Positions 37,690 through 50,602 are shown, numbered from the stretch's first letter. The stretch: 64,000 bases of DNA from Macrostomum hystrix (GCA_950097015.1 CATNEN010000028.1:1-64000); one strand, 5' to 3'. Notes: generated by a model not told the origin, from the sequence alone. Numbers and translations: made by a program.

Positions 37690-38835
37690 TCGCCTTTCCC
37701 ATCGACCCTTATCTCACCCCTGCAATTCCCTTCGACCCTTCACTCAGCCCTGCAATTCCCATCGACCCTTCTTTCACCCGACCCCAGCACTTCCCTTCGA
37801 CCCTTCTCTCACCCCTGCACTTCCCTTCGACCCTTCTCTCACCCCTGCACTTCCCATCGACCCTTATCTCACCCCTGCAATTCCCTTCGACCCTTCACTC
37901 AGCCCTGCACTTCCCTTCGACCCTTCTCTCACCCCTGCACTTCCCTTCGACCCTTCACTCAACCCTGCACTTCCCTTCGACCCTTCACTCAGCCCTGCAC
38001 TTCCCTTCGACCCTTCTTTCACCCGACCCCTGCACTTCCCTTCGACCCTTCACTCAGCCCTGCACTTCCCTTCGACCCTTCACTCAACCCTGCACTTCCC
38101 TTCGACCCTTCACTCAACCCTGCACTTCCCTTCGACCCTTCACTCAACCCTGCACTTCCCTTCGACCCTTCACTCAACCCTGCACTTCCCTTCGACCCTT
38201 CACTCAGCCCTGCACTTCCCTTCGACCCTTCACTCAACCCTGCACTTCCCTTCGACCCTTCACTCAGCCCTGCACTTCCCTTCGACCCTTCTTTCACCCG
38301 ACCCCTGCACTTCCCTTCGACCCTTCACTCAGCCCTGCACTTCCCTTCGACCCTTCTTTCACCCCAGCACTTCCCTTCGACCCTTCTCTCACCCCAGCAC
38401 TTCCCTTCGACCCTTCTTTCACCCCAGCACTTCCCTTCGACCCTTCTCTCACCCCAGCACTTCCCTTCGACCCTTCTCTCACCCCAGCACTTCCCTTCGA
38501 CCCTTCTCTCACCCCAGCACTTCCCTTCGACCCTTCTCTCACCCCAGCACTTCCCTTCGACCCTTCTCTCACCCCTGCACTTCCCTTCGGCCCTTCTCTC
38601 ACCCCAGCACTTCCCTTCGACCCTTCTTTCACCCCAGCACTTCCCTTCGACCCTTCTCTCACCCCAGCACTTCCCTTCGACCCTTCTCTCACCCCAGCAC
38701 TTCCCTTCGACCCTTCTCTCACCCCAGCACTTCCCTTCGACCCTTCTCTCACCCCAGCACTTCCCTTCGACCCTTCTCTCACCCCAGCACTTCCCTTCGA
38801 CCCTTCTCTCACCCCCTGCATTTACCTTCGACCCT
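37690..38835. repeat. 30-bp pyrimidine-rich minisatellite, ~38 copies
   Basis: ccctgcacttcccttcgacccttcactca(g/a) switching to ccccagcacttcccttcgacccttctctca. Confidence 0.95.
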
Positions 38836-38934
38836 TCCCTCACATTCAGTCATTCCCCTCAGCTCAGGTATATAAAAACGCATCTAAAACTGTAAATTAT
38901 CGGCTCCGCAGTGCACTAGACTAAGCCAAAGGCA

Positions 38935-39318
38935 ATGTCAGACGAAGTGAACCCGAAGGCCTATCCTCTAGCCGACGCCGTGCTAACAGAGAAAATCCTG
39001 GAACTGGTGAAACAGGCAGTCAGTTACAAGCAGTTAAAGAAGGGCGCCAACGAGGCAACGAAGGCTTTGAACCGCGGCCTAGCCGAATTCATTGTGATGG
39101 CCGCCGATGCCGAACCATTGGAGATCCTGCTACACTTGCCGTTGCTGTGCGAGGATAAAAATGTTCCCTATGTGTTTGTGCGCTCCAAGGTGAATTTGGG
39201 TCGCTGCTGCGGTGTCTCGCGTCCGGTGATCGCCTGCGCTGTGCTGCAGAATGAGGGCTCAGAGCTCAAGCCGCTGATTAATACGCTGCAACAGTCTATT
39301 GAGAAGCTGCTTATTTAA
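38935..39318 (+). CDS. SNU13: SNU13 / 15.5K / NHP2L1 (box C/D and U4 snRNP protein), 127 aa, intronless CDS
   Basis: [71 protein letters not shown]: near-canonical SNU13. Confidence 0.97.
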   Translation: MSDEVNPKAYPLADAVLTEKILELVKQAVSYKQLKKGANEATKALNRGLAEFIVMAADAEPLEILLHLPLLCEDKNVPYVFVRSKVNLGRCCGVSRPVIACAVLQNEGSELKPLINTLQQSIEKLLI

Positions 39319-39751
39319 TGCAAAATGAATTGCTTGCCAAACCGACTGCCTTCTTTAGAAGAGAAGCAATTCTAAAGTTTTTATTTTATGTTTTCTGTGC
39401 GGCAATAAGGTTCGCATTATCGTTATACCCTAATCAAAGTATCACGTGTCTATTATTGGATGTCCTAATTAGCCTGTGTACATACTGGCAGCCACCTCAC
39501 TCCACCCGCTCTGATTGGCTGGCTTTACCGTAAATAATAACGCTCACATTTTTTATTGCTGAATTAAACAGTCTGCAATTTTTGTGTAGCTAGTGAAGCA
39601 TTTTTTCTCTTTGATGTGTTTAAATTGAGCTTTGCATAACAATAAAATATAGTTTTACAGCTAATAAAAAAGCTTTTTTAACATTTCATCTGCTGAAACT
39701 AATTTGGTAAACTATGATATTTGTTGAACGTTATCATTTCTTCTGCGTAGA

Positions 39752-40486
39752 ATTCCAGCTGCGATTCCAGCTATTACTCTAGCTGCGATTCCAGTTACTA
39801 CTGCAGCTGCGATTCCAGCTATTACCCTAGCTGCGATTCCAGTTACTACTGCAGCTGCGATTCCAGCTATTACCCTAGCTGCGATTCCAGTTACTACTGC
39901 AGCTGCGATTCCAGCTATTACTCTAGCTGCGATTCCAGTTACTACTGCAGCTGCGATTCCAGCTATTACCCTAGCTGCGATTCCTGCTATTACTCTAGCT
40001 GCGATTCCAGTTACTACTGCAGCTGCGATTCCAGCTATTACCCTAGCTGCGATTCCAGTTACTACTGCAGCTGCGATTCCTGCTATTACTCTAGCTGCGA
40101 TTCCAGTTACTACTGCAGCTGCGATTCCAGCTATTACCCTAGCTGCGATTCCAGTTACTACTGCAGCTGCGATTCCAGCTATTACCCTAGCCGCGATTCC
40201 AGTTACTACTGCAGCTGCGATTCCAGCTATTACTCTAGCTGCGATTCCAGCTATTACTCTAGCTGCGATTCCAGTTAGTACTGCAGCTGCGATTCCAGTT
40301 ACTACTGCAGCTGCGATTCCTGCTATTACTCTAGCTGCGATTCCAGTTAGTACTGCAGCTGCGATTCCAGCTATTACCCTAGCTGCGATTCCAGTTACTA
40401 CTGCAGCTGCGATTCCTGCTATTACTCTAGCTGCGATTCCAGTTACTACTGCAGCTGCGATTCCAGCTATTACTCCAGCTGCGATT
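39752..40486. repeat. 24-bp minisatellite with two alternating variants, ~30 copies
   Basis: agctgcgattccagctatta(c)(t/c)ct alternating with agctgcgattccagttactactgc. Confidence 0.93.
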
Positions 40487-40994
40487 CTTTTTTATGTGAA
40501 ATTATGCGTTCCTAGTTCCTAATTTTTATTACGAGTGGATATTGTTTATCTGACTATGTCTGATACTTTGTCCCAATATTTAATGAAGTATTCGAGGTAA
40601 GTAATAGCCTGTACTAAAATAAGTGGTTTGAGAGCAGGACTAAAATTTTGCTTCGATAAAAAAAGTTTTAGAAAAATGTAGGTTATTTTGTTCGCTATCT
40701 GTATATTATGTATTTTGTAGAAAATGTAAATATATACGCACCGAATACTACTATAGAATTAGACTGGCAATGAAAGACTATGATTATATATAGACGTTTT
40801 GTTAGTAATCAGTGAGGTCGGAGTTAGTTTACAGGACTTGTCTAGTGTAAAGCCTATACATGTTAACCACACGATAAAATGATCGAAAAATCAATTATCA
40901 AGCTATTAAAAATGTTGCTCACACACGAAATGACCCAAGCTGGTTATAAAAAAATTGCATACGTACTGAAACTCAGCATTAAACAGTTCATGCT

Positions 40995-43900
40995 TCAGGT
41001 AGCCGCACTCTCATGCAGCCGTTCTCTAGCAGAGTTGTCGGCCTCAGCATCGGCTCTGCATCGCGAGCTAAGCAGTCCGAACTTGTACAACAGCAGCAGG
41101 AGGACTGAGGAGACCACTGCCAGGAGCGCCGCGGGCCCGATGATGGCAGGCAGGAGAATGTTCAGCTGATTCGCTTCGGTCACTGCAAAATGTCCAGTTG
41201 GATTTCGAAGAGGTCCAGTTAAATTTTAAAGAGGTCCAGTTGGACTTCGTAGATGTCCAGTTGGATTTCGAAGAGACCAGATTGATTTCGAAGAGGTCCA
41301 GTTGGATTTCGAAGAGGTCCAGTTGGATTTCGAAGAGGTCTAGTTTAATTTTAAAGAGGCCCAGTTGGATTTCGAAGAGGTCTAGTTTAATTTTAAAGAG
41401 GTCCAGTTGGATTTCGAAGAGGTCTAGTTTAATTTTAAAGAGGCCCAGTTGGATTTCGAAGAGGTCCAGTTGGATTTCGAAGAGGTCCAGTTGGATTTCG
41501 AAGAGGTCTAGTTTAATTTTAAAGAGGCCCAGTTGGATTTCGAAGAGGTCTAGTTTAATTTTAAAGAGGTCCAGTTGGATTTCGAAGAGGTCTAGTTTAA
41601 TTTTAAAGAGGCCCAGTTGGATTTCGAAGAGGTCCAGTTTAATTTTAAAGAGGCCCAGTTGGATTTCGAAGAGGTCTAGTTTAATTTTAAAGAGGCCCAG
41701 TTGGACTTCGAAGAGGTCTAGTTTAATTTTAAAGAGGTCCAGTTGGATTTCGAAGAGGTCTAGTTTAATTTTAAAGAGGCCCAGTTGGACTTCGAAGAGG
41801 TCCAGTTTAATTTTAAAGAGGTCCAGTTGGACTTCGAAGAGGTCTAGTTTAATTTTAAAGAGGTCCAGTTGGATTTCGAAGAGGTCCAGTTTAATTTTAA
41901 AGAGGTCCAGTTGGATTTCGAAGAGGTCTAGTTTAATTTTAAAGAGGTCCAGTTGGATTTCGAAGAGGTCCAGTTTAATTTTAAAGAGGCCCAGTTGGAT
42001 TTCGAAGAGGTCCAGTTTAATTTTAAAGAGGCCCAGTTGGACTTCGAAGAGGTCCAGTTTAATTTTAAAGAGGTCCAGTTGGACTTCGAAGAGGTCCAGT
42101 TTAATTTTAAAGAGGCCCAGTTGGACTTCGAAGAGGTCTAGTTTAATTTTAAAGAGGTCCAGTTGGACTTCGAAGAGGTCTAGTTTAATTTTAAAGAGGC
42201 CCAGTTGGACTTCGAAGAGGTCTAGTTTAATTTTAAAGAGGTCCAGTTGGATTTCGACGAGGTCCAGTTGGATTTCGAAGAGGTCCAGTTGGATTTCGAA
42301 GAGGTCCAGTTGGATTTCGAAGAGGTCCAGTTGGATTTCGAAGAGGTCCAGTTGGATTTCGAAGAGGTCTAGTTTAATTTTAAAGAGGTCCAGTTGGATT
42401 TCGAAGAGGTCCAGTTGGATTTCGAAGAGGTCTAGTTTAATTTTAAAGAGGTCCAGTTGGACTTCGAAGAGGTCCAGTTGGACTTCGAAGAGGTCCAGTT
42501 GGATTTCGAAGAGGTCCAGTTGGATTTCGAAGAGGTCCAGTTAGATTTTGAAGCCTAAACCCCACCGTTGATTTCTTGACCAGCTTGCGTAGCTGCAGAG
42601 GTGGAATCCTCAGTTTTCGTAAAATCCGGCGAATGCGTGGTGGCAGTCGTCGGGCAGAGGCCCAGCTGGCGCAGGCATTGATTGAACCAGCGAGTCTGAA
42701 TGTGGAGTCGGGAGTCGTCAGCGCCAACCGGCGGACAGGCCTCGCAGATGCAGCCTTCAGCAATAAATTCATAAGCCGGACAGGCCGAAATTACTGAGGC
42801 GCATGCGGCGCGCTGATCGGCGGCATTGCAACTGCTGGCAGCGAATCGCTCTGACGATGAAAGAATGGGAAAGCTAGGTTGGTACTTTTACCAATTAAGT
42901 TGGGTCAGTCGATTAGCACTGTTTTTCTTGAAAAATCCAGATTTTAATCGAAAGATGAAAAGATTTGATTACAATATTTGAGGAGTTTCTTGGTAGATTT
43001 CTAGATTTTGACGAGAAATTTTGTAGATTTAGACTCGGAGATTTTTCATGGATAAGTTAGATACTTGATGGATTAGTTGGATAATTGATGGATTAGTTGG
43101 ATACTTGATGGATTAGTTGGATAATTGATGGATTAGTTGGATACTTAATGGATTAGTTGGATACTTGATGGATTAGTTGGATACTTAATGGATTAGTTGG
43201 ATACTTGATGGATTAGTTGGATACTTCATGGATTAGTTGGATACTTGAAGGATTAGTTAGATAATTGATGGATTAGTTTGATACTTAATGGATTAGTTGG
43301 ATACTTAATGGATTAGTTGGATACTTGATGGATTAGTTGGATACTTGAAGGATTAGTTGGATACTTGATGGATTAGTTGGATACTTCATGGATTAGTTTG
43401 ATACTTAATGGATTAGTTTGATACCTGATGGATTAGTTGGATACTTAATGGATTAGTTGGATACTTAATGGATTAGTTGGATACTTGATGGATTAGTTGG
43501 ATACTTCATGGATTAGTTGGATACTTGAAGGATTAGTTAGATAATTGATGGATTAGTTTGATACTTAATGGATTAGTTGGATACTTAATGGATTAGTTGG
43601 ATACTTGATGGATTAGTTGGATACTTGATGGACTAGTTGGATACCTGATGGACTAGTTGGATACCTGATGGATTAGTTAGATACTTAATGGACTAGTTGG
43701 GTACTTGATGGACTAGTTGGGTACTTGAAGGATTAGTTGGATACTTGATGGATTAGTTGGATAATTGATGGATTAGTTGGATACTTAATGGATTAGTTGG
43801 ATACTTGATGGATTAGTTGGATACTTGAAGGATTAGTTGGATACTTGATGGATTAGTTGGATACTTCATGGATTAGTTTGATACTTAATGGATTAGTTTG

Positions 43901-44735
43901 ATACCTGATGGATTAGTTGGATACTTAATGGATTAGTTGGATACTTAATGGATTAGTTGGATACTTGATGGATTAGTTGGATACTTGAAGGATTAGTTGG
44001 ATACTTGATGGATTAGTTGGATACTTCATGGATTAGTTAGATAATTGATGGATTAGTTTGATACTTAATGGATTAGTTTGATACTTGATGGATTAGTTGG
44101 ATACTTGATGGATTAGTTGGATACTTGATGGATTAGTTGAATACTTGATGGATTAGTTGGATACTTGATGGATTAGTTAGAAACTAAATGGATTAGTTGG
44201 ATACTTGAAGGATTAGTTGGATACTTGATGGACTAGTTAGATACTTAATGGATTAGTTGGATACTTGATGGATTAGTTGGATACTTGAAGGATTAGTTGG
44301 ATACTTGATGGACTAGTTGGATACCTGATGGACTAGTTGGATACCTGATGGATTAGTTAGATACTTAATGGACTAGTTGGGTACTTGATGGACTAGTTGG
44401 GTACTTGAAGGATTAGTTGGATACTTGAAGGATTAGTTGGATACTTGAAGGATTAGTTGGATACTTGAAGGATTAGTTGGATACTTGATGGATTAGTTGG
44501 ATACTTAATGGATTAGTTGGATACTTGCTGGATTAGTTGGATACTTGATGGATTAGTTGGATACTTGATGGATTAGTTTGACACTTACAGAGGATAAGTA
44601 CACGAATTGGGAGAAAAGATTTGACAGTATGACAGTTTGATAGAGTTTGAGCAACTCACCATATTTAACAGTCATTGCCAGCACAGGACCACAGGACAGC
44701 GCAAGCAGAAAAAGGATGACAACGTGACCATTCAT
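40995..44735 (-). CDS. Orphan type I membrane protein with 8-Cys ectodomain (possibly TNFR-like); exons 44735-44660, 42850-42566, 41182-40995; 182 aa
   Basis: Phase-1 GT-AG junctions join in frame (tatg|gtgagt, cag|agcg, aacg|gtgggg, gcag|tgacc). Signal peptide MNGHVVILFLLALSCGPVLA; Cys-rich exon SSCNAADQRAACASVISACPAYEFIAEGCICEACPP...QCLRQLGLCP; S/T stalk; TM segment ILLPAIIGPAALLAVVSSVLLLLLY; short tail. Confidence 0.7.
41190..42545. repeat. 21-bp intronic minisatellite, ~64 copies, two variants
   Basis: gaggtccagttggatttcgaa and gaggtctagtttaattttaaa. Confidence 0.95.
43050..44580. repeat. 20-bp intronic minisatellite, ~76 copies
   Basis: gattagttggatacttgatg with point variants. Confidence 0.96.
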
Positions 44736-45186
44736 TTACCGCATAAAACGACTGCTTGATAAAAATAAAAAGAAAAATTAATTTTTTTATTTAGACTTTT
44801 ATTAGAATGCAACTGCTAAATTTGTTTTCAAATAATTGCATAAATAAATTTTTTACGTCTTATAAAAAAATGTCAAAATAAAACAAAGATACACATGTAA
44901 AAAGTACTTAACTATAAAGTATGCAGACAATTCCGATTTCGACGGAAGTAAATTGCACCGCTTTTGGTTTGTTTAAGTTCGTGGGTGCAATTTTTAGCGC
45001 CATAATTCGAATGAAGCTATTAAAAAAGCAAAAGAGCTGTGCTTGAAAAGAACTGAACATAGGTAATGCTGTTGCAAGTTTTGCCTAGATAACTAAGTAC
45101 AGCGGTACATTCTCGCCTTTGATGCACACACGCACTCGAATGCAACCAACCTTAGAAAAAACCACACAGTAATTGCCTCACCTCAG

Positions 45187-46685
45187 CCACATGAGAACAC
45201 CTGAGTACTTGCTGAGCACACTCCTACCACATGAGAACACCTGAGTACTTGCTGAGCACACTCCTACCACATGAAAACACCTGAGTACTTGCTGAGCACA
45301 CTCCTACCACATGAAAACACCTGAGTACTTGCTGAGCACACTCCTACCACATGAAAACACCTGAGTACTTGCTGAGCACACTCCTACCACATGAGAACAC
45401 CTGAGTACTTGCTGAGCACACTCCTACCACATGAAAACACCTGAGTACTTGCTGAGCACACTCCTACCACATGAAAACACCTGAGTACTTGCTGAGCACA
45501 CTCCTACCACATGAAAACACCTGAGTACTTGCTGAGCACACTCCTACCACATGAAAACACCTGAGTACTTGCTGAGCACACTCCTACCACATGAAAACAC
45601 CTGAGTACTTGCTGAGCACACTCCTACCACATGAGAACACCTGAGTACTTGCTGAGCACACTCCTACCACATGAAAACACCTGAGTACTTGCTGAGCACA
45701 CTCCTACCACATGAGAACACCTGAGTACTTGCTGAGCACACTCCTACCACATGAAAACACCTGAGTACTTGCTGAGCACACTCCTACCACATGAAAACAC
45801 CTGAGTACTTGCTGAGCACACTCCTACCACATGAAAACACCTGAGTACTTGCTGAGCACACTCCTACCACATGAAAACACCTGAGTACTTGCTGAGCACA
45901 CTCCTACCACATGAGAACACCTGAGTACTTGCTGAGCACACTCCTACCACATGAAAACACCTGAGTACTTGCTGAGCACACTCCTACCACATGAAAACAC
46001 CTGAGTACTTGCTGAGCACACTCCTACCACATGAAAACACCTGAGTACTTGCTGAGCACACTCCTACCACATGAAAACACCTGAGTACTTGCTGAGCACA
46101 CTCCTACCACATGAGAACACCTGAGTACTTGCTGAGCACACTCCTACCACATGAGAACACCTGAGTACTTGCTGAGCACACTCCTACCACATGAGAACAC
46201 CTGAGTACTTGCTGAGCACACTCCTACCACATGAAAACACCTGAGTACTTGCTGAGCACACTCCTACCACATGAAAACACCTGAGTACTTGCTGAGCACA
46301 CTCCTACCACATGAGAACACCTGAGTACTTGCTGAGCACACTCCTACCACATGAAAACACCTGAGTACTTGCTGAGCACACTCCTACCACATGAAAACAC
46401 CTGAGTACTTGCTGAGCACACTCCTACCACATGAAAACACCTGAGTACTTGCTGAGCACACTCCTACCACATGAAAACACCTGAGTACTTGCTGAGCACA
46501 CTCCTACCACATGAAAACACCTAAGTACTTGCTGAGCACACTCCTACCACATGAAAACACCTGAGTACTTGCTGAGCACACTCCTACCACATCAAAACAC
46601 CTGAGTACTTGCTGAGCACACTCCTACCACATGAGAACACCTGAGTACTTGCTGAGCACACTCCTACCACATGAAAACACCTGAG
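45187..46685. repeat. 40-bp minisatellite, ~37 copies
   Basis: ctcctaccacatga(a/g)aacacctgagtacttgctgagcaca. Confidence 0.97.
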
Positions 46686-47501
46686 CAGTCGATGAGTAGC
46701 CCCTAACATAGAGGACTCCATGAGTAGTCAATAATCGAGATCAAATCCATATGAGCATTCTGTGAGCACACCACATCATTTAATAATGAGCTGAGTAGTT
46801 TGAGTACATTGACTACGATTATACCTCCTATCCAAGAATACTTAATTCTCGCTTTCGAAACCAATACAACTGACTTAATTATTACTGTATTGGACTAGAT
46901 CAAGTAGAAGAAGCAGCTGGCAATTGCAACTTCACTGTCACAGTTGCTTTCGTTAAGGCGAATTGCAGCCAATAAAAATGCTTGCTGACGATTATAAGGC
47001 AGTCAAGTTTATTTTAACTAATTAAATTATAAAAAGCTGCATTTTAAGCGCGACAGCATTGAGTAAAACAACTGTCATGATAAAAAAGAAAAAAAATTGA
47101 ACTAAGAAATCAAGAAAAAAATTTAACTAAAGAAATATGCATATAAAATAGATCAAACAAGCACATTAGCTTGCTGTGAGTAGTATAGAATGAGATTAGC
47201 AGCAGCAGGAACAAACATAACTAGAAAAAAGTCTAACAAAAAGTCAACAAGAAGGCAAAAACAAAGCATTGTAACAAGATTAGCTGTCTTCGTCAGTTGA
47301 TCGGCAGTAGGGCGTATGCGTAAAAAATAATAATTGAACGTAGAAAAGCAGAATTGTAAGCTCAAAAAGCATTAGCAATCAACTGACTAGAATGGAAGCT
47401 TCAGCAAATAAAGTCAGATATGAATAATGAGCACTGAGGAGGATCGATGTAGGTAAAAATAAGCTTCACGCGTTCCTCCTTCGGAAGAAATTTCCTACGA
47501 A

Positions 47502-47806
47502 TAATAATAATAATTGATTACACCTGCCCCAATTGGGTCAGATGTGCAGCCGACAGCACAGCCGCAGCTATTGCGCGGCGCATCTGAAGGCTGCGTACAG
47601 CTGTTCAGTCCATGGACTGGGGGGACGCCACACCCACCTTCAATTATCCCAGCTGATGCTGGTACCCATTTAACAGCTGGGTGAACTGAAGCAATGCAGA
47701 GTTAAGTGTCTTGCTAAAGGACACAAATTGTTTCAGTGGAGTCGGGAATCGAACCCCCGACCTTCAAGTCGTTAGTCCGACGCCCTAACCACTAGGCTAC
47801 AACCTC
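47502..47806 (-). mobile_element. tRNA-derived CORE-type SINE with 10-bp TSD
   Basis: Minus strand reads gaggttgTAGCCTAGTGG (A box)...GTTCGATTCC (B box)...tgtgtcctttagcaagacacttaactc...ttcacccagctgttaaatgggtacc (MIR/CORE-like)...(TTA)n tail. TSD ttcctacgaa at 47492-47501 and 47807-47816. Confidence 0.82.
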
Positions 47807-48599
47807 TTCCTACGAAGCACAATCAACAAATCCTAAATCCAGGGCTTTAAGTACTCTTAATTTAATATCAAATAATCTCTATGCTTGATCTTCATTTCTG
47901 TGCTAGCTCGATTACTTTAGGAAATTGTATCGCCGCGGCACTAATCCACGAGTCAATTTTACGACGAAAAAGTGAAAAAAATCAAGCAGCTCCGATAGCA
48001 GTTCCTTCATAATCTAAAAATATAATTCTCGATGATTTATTAGGGCTGACACATCTCAAAGATTTAAAGATGTTATTGGCAATACATAATCAATGCTACA
48101 TGATAGAAATGATTTACAAATCATGCATATGTGCAGTATTGTCATGAATAAAATGAGAACAAGAAACGCTATAAGAATAAAATTAAACACTAAAAACAAA
48201 TAGGATATATTCCATAGTTTCCTATGTGGAGTGTAGACTCGACAGAAAACCGATTCGCTTAAAAAAAACTGGATAAAGAGTCACTGAATTGTTGTGTATT
48301 TCAGGCGAACCTAAACTCATAATATTGAGTATACTATTCAAACAAAACAAATAAATACGGAATATATGTACGATAAGTTCCTTTCTAGGTCACGAGTAAA
48401 AAAACTTAGGAACGAGCGGAACCCTCCTTCGGAGGAGTTTTTCTAAAAACTACAGTTGGACACTTAACTGCTTAATTAAAATCCAACCTAATTCGAGTTG
48501 TAAACTAATCCTAAAAAGGCACGTCTAGCTGCTTATTGAGCATGATATAATGCTTAAAGGACAAGCAGGATATAAAAAAAAAACAAATTCGCTGAGTAT

Positions 48600-49508
48600 T
48601 CAATTGAACAGTTCCCGCTTGGCCCGGAAGTTCTCCTGGCGCACCCGCTTCGCCTCCTCCTCGGCCTGCCGACGGCGCTGCTCCTCGCGCAGCTCGGCCT
48701 CGTGCTGACCGCCGTCAGCGTGGATGGCAATCTTTGCCTCGAAGAAGTCCTTAGCGCCGCGGACACCGACCTCTTTGACGCTGACAGCTTCAACTCCGAC
48801 ATAAGCGGCGTACCAGGCTAGGAGGTGATCGGAGGAGTCCAGCTGGCCGGCGGCGGCCTTCTTGAACATGCCCAGGAAGCCGCGAAAGTCCAGCTTGGCC
48901 GATCCGGCTGGCGGGGCTTCGAAGTCGCGCAGGAGAGCTTTCAGGCCCAGGTAGGTCTGGGGCGCGCCAAGCCGCTCCATCATGCGGGTCAGGTCCTCGC
49001 GGCCCAGGTAGCCGTCCCTGTGGGCGAATCGTGTTTTGTTAGACTTCTTGCTACCAGGCACTCCTTGGGGCGAGAAACGACCAGTTTTTACCAGCCATTT
49101 TTATTTAAGATCTTTACATCCAGTTTTCGCATGGTCCACTGAAGCCCCTGCCTCCTCAGTCCCTCCCAGAGCCCCGACCGGCCCGCACTTGTCCGCGTCG
49201 AACTCCTCGAAGGCTTCCTTCAGGCGCTCGATGCCACGCCGACCAAATTGTGGAAACTCGGCGTAGGCGTTGAACTTCTTGGACGGCTGCATGCGACGCC
49301 ACGTGACCTCGCCGTTGGGACCGACAGACTCGATGTCGCAGCCGCTAGTAGCTGCACCGGTGCCGGCAGCCGATGTCGAACTGCGCCTACTGGACGCTCC
49401 GGACGATGTTGAAGCCGCTTGCGGAGCAGCTTCCTCATGCTGGGCCTCTGACAGCAGCGCTGTGGGCGACTGCGGTTCCGGCGAGTGAGCCAGCTTGGCT
49501 AATGTGGC
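48600..49508 (-). CDS. EFHD2: Swiprosin/EF-hand domain protein (EFHD1/2 family); exons 49508-49189 and 49017-48600; start unresolved (first in-frame ATG 49292)
   Basis: FNAYAEFPQFGRRGIERL..FEEFDADK|DGYLGREDLTRMMERLGAPQTYLGLK...FRGFLGMFKKAAAGQL...VGVRGAKDFFEAK plus a coiled-coil tail. Phase-2 intron gacaa|gtgcgg...ccacag|g. EFHD1 vs EFHD2 orthology cannot be resolved. Confidence 0.88.
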
Positions 49509-50602
49509 CTGGAGAGAAGAGGCTTGGGTTTGTTACCACCTTCATGCTCATTTACCTAACTTAACAGTTCCCCGATTAGCTTTACAAACAAGTCTACCTA
49601 CCAGCATAGTTATCTATCTACTCTATCTACTTGGCTTTCACGCTACTAATCTATCTACCTTTAAATATACTCTTTCACCTACCTACTATTTCAACTATAT
49701 ATCAAACTAATCTAATCGAAGTGAATGGTGAAACTACAAACTTACTAGAACTTTGCTTGAAGAATAAAAAATTTAATAAAACTGACGAAAGGCGACAATA
49801 GACGAGGCTTAAGTAAAGTTTTAATCTAAAGGATGTGCTTCGCTCAGTGCCAAAAGCGGTAGGAATCTCTTCTGGTCTGCCTCGATCCGTATTTATGCGC
49901 ACAAATTGCATTGCTGTACAGACTAGCAGGCAGGAGGGGGGGAGGAGGGGTGGGTACAGACGCAAGCAGGCAGAAACGGTCTGTCCAACCAACACAACAC
50001 ACAGAAATAGAGCTAAAACACAGTCTACTACAGAATATGCCATCATTTAACAGAAATCTATTCAACTATAAACTGGAGTGAAAAATCGATAATTGCCCGT
50101 GCGAATTGGCACAGGGTCGCACGCTGTTTCTCATATCTGCGGCGTGGCGACTTCCGGAAGGTTGCTGGTCAAAGTTAGTTCAAACCAGCACAGGCTAATG
50201 ATAACAATGTGTGCAATTGAACAGTCAAGTTAATTTATACAAACTTTCACTTTGCGATGTCAACAGCAGGCTAACACTAGAGTTTCCATAGTTGAAATTA
50301 ACAAAAATATACCTGTATAAATTCTGGTGTTCAATAACACTCAATTTTAAAACGGCATTATCTAGAAATTACTTAAACTCTAATAAAAATAATCTAGAAC
50401 TAAACTTTTTGAAAATAAAATTTAAACAAAACTTAATTCAAAACTTTTCAGAACAACAAAAGATAATACCGGAAGACCTCTTTGGCCTTTTATTCTTTGG
50501 TAAATGATAATGGCGTATTTATTTTTTAAGGTCACAAATAAACTGGAAAACAAAAAACCTGGCGATACGAAAGGATTCATTAAATTTTAGTTCCACATAA
50601 TT

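Noticed and set aside
42443-42772. ORF-track 109-aa minus-strand protein (MNLLLKAAS...)
   Set aside because: Wrong frame. The neighbouring frame gives the Cys-rich exon with compatible splice phases.
35632-47806. Calling the two SINE heads functional tRNA genes
   Set aside because: No acceptor-stem closure, and each continues into a SINE body, tail and TSD.
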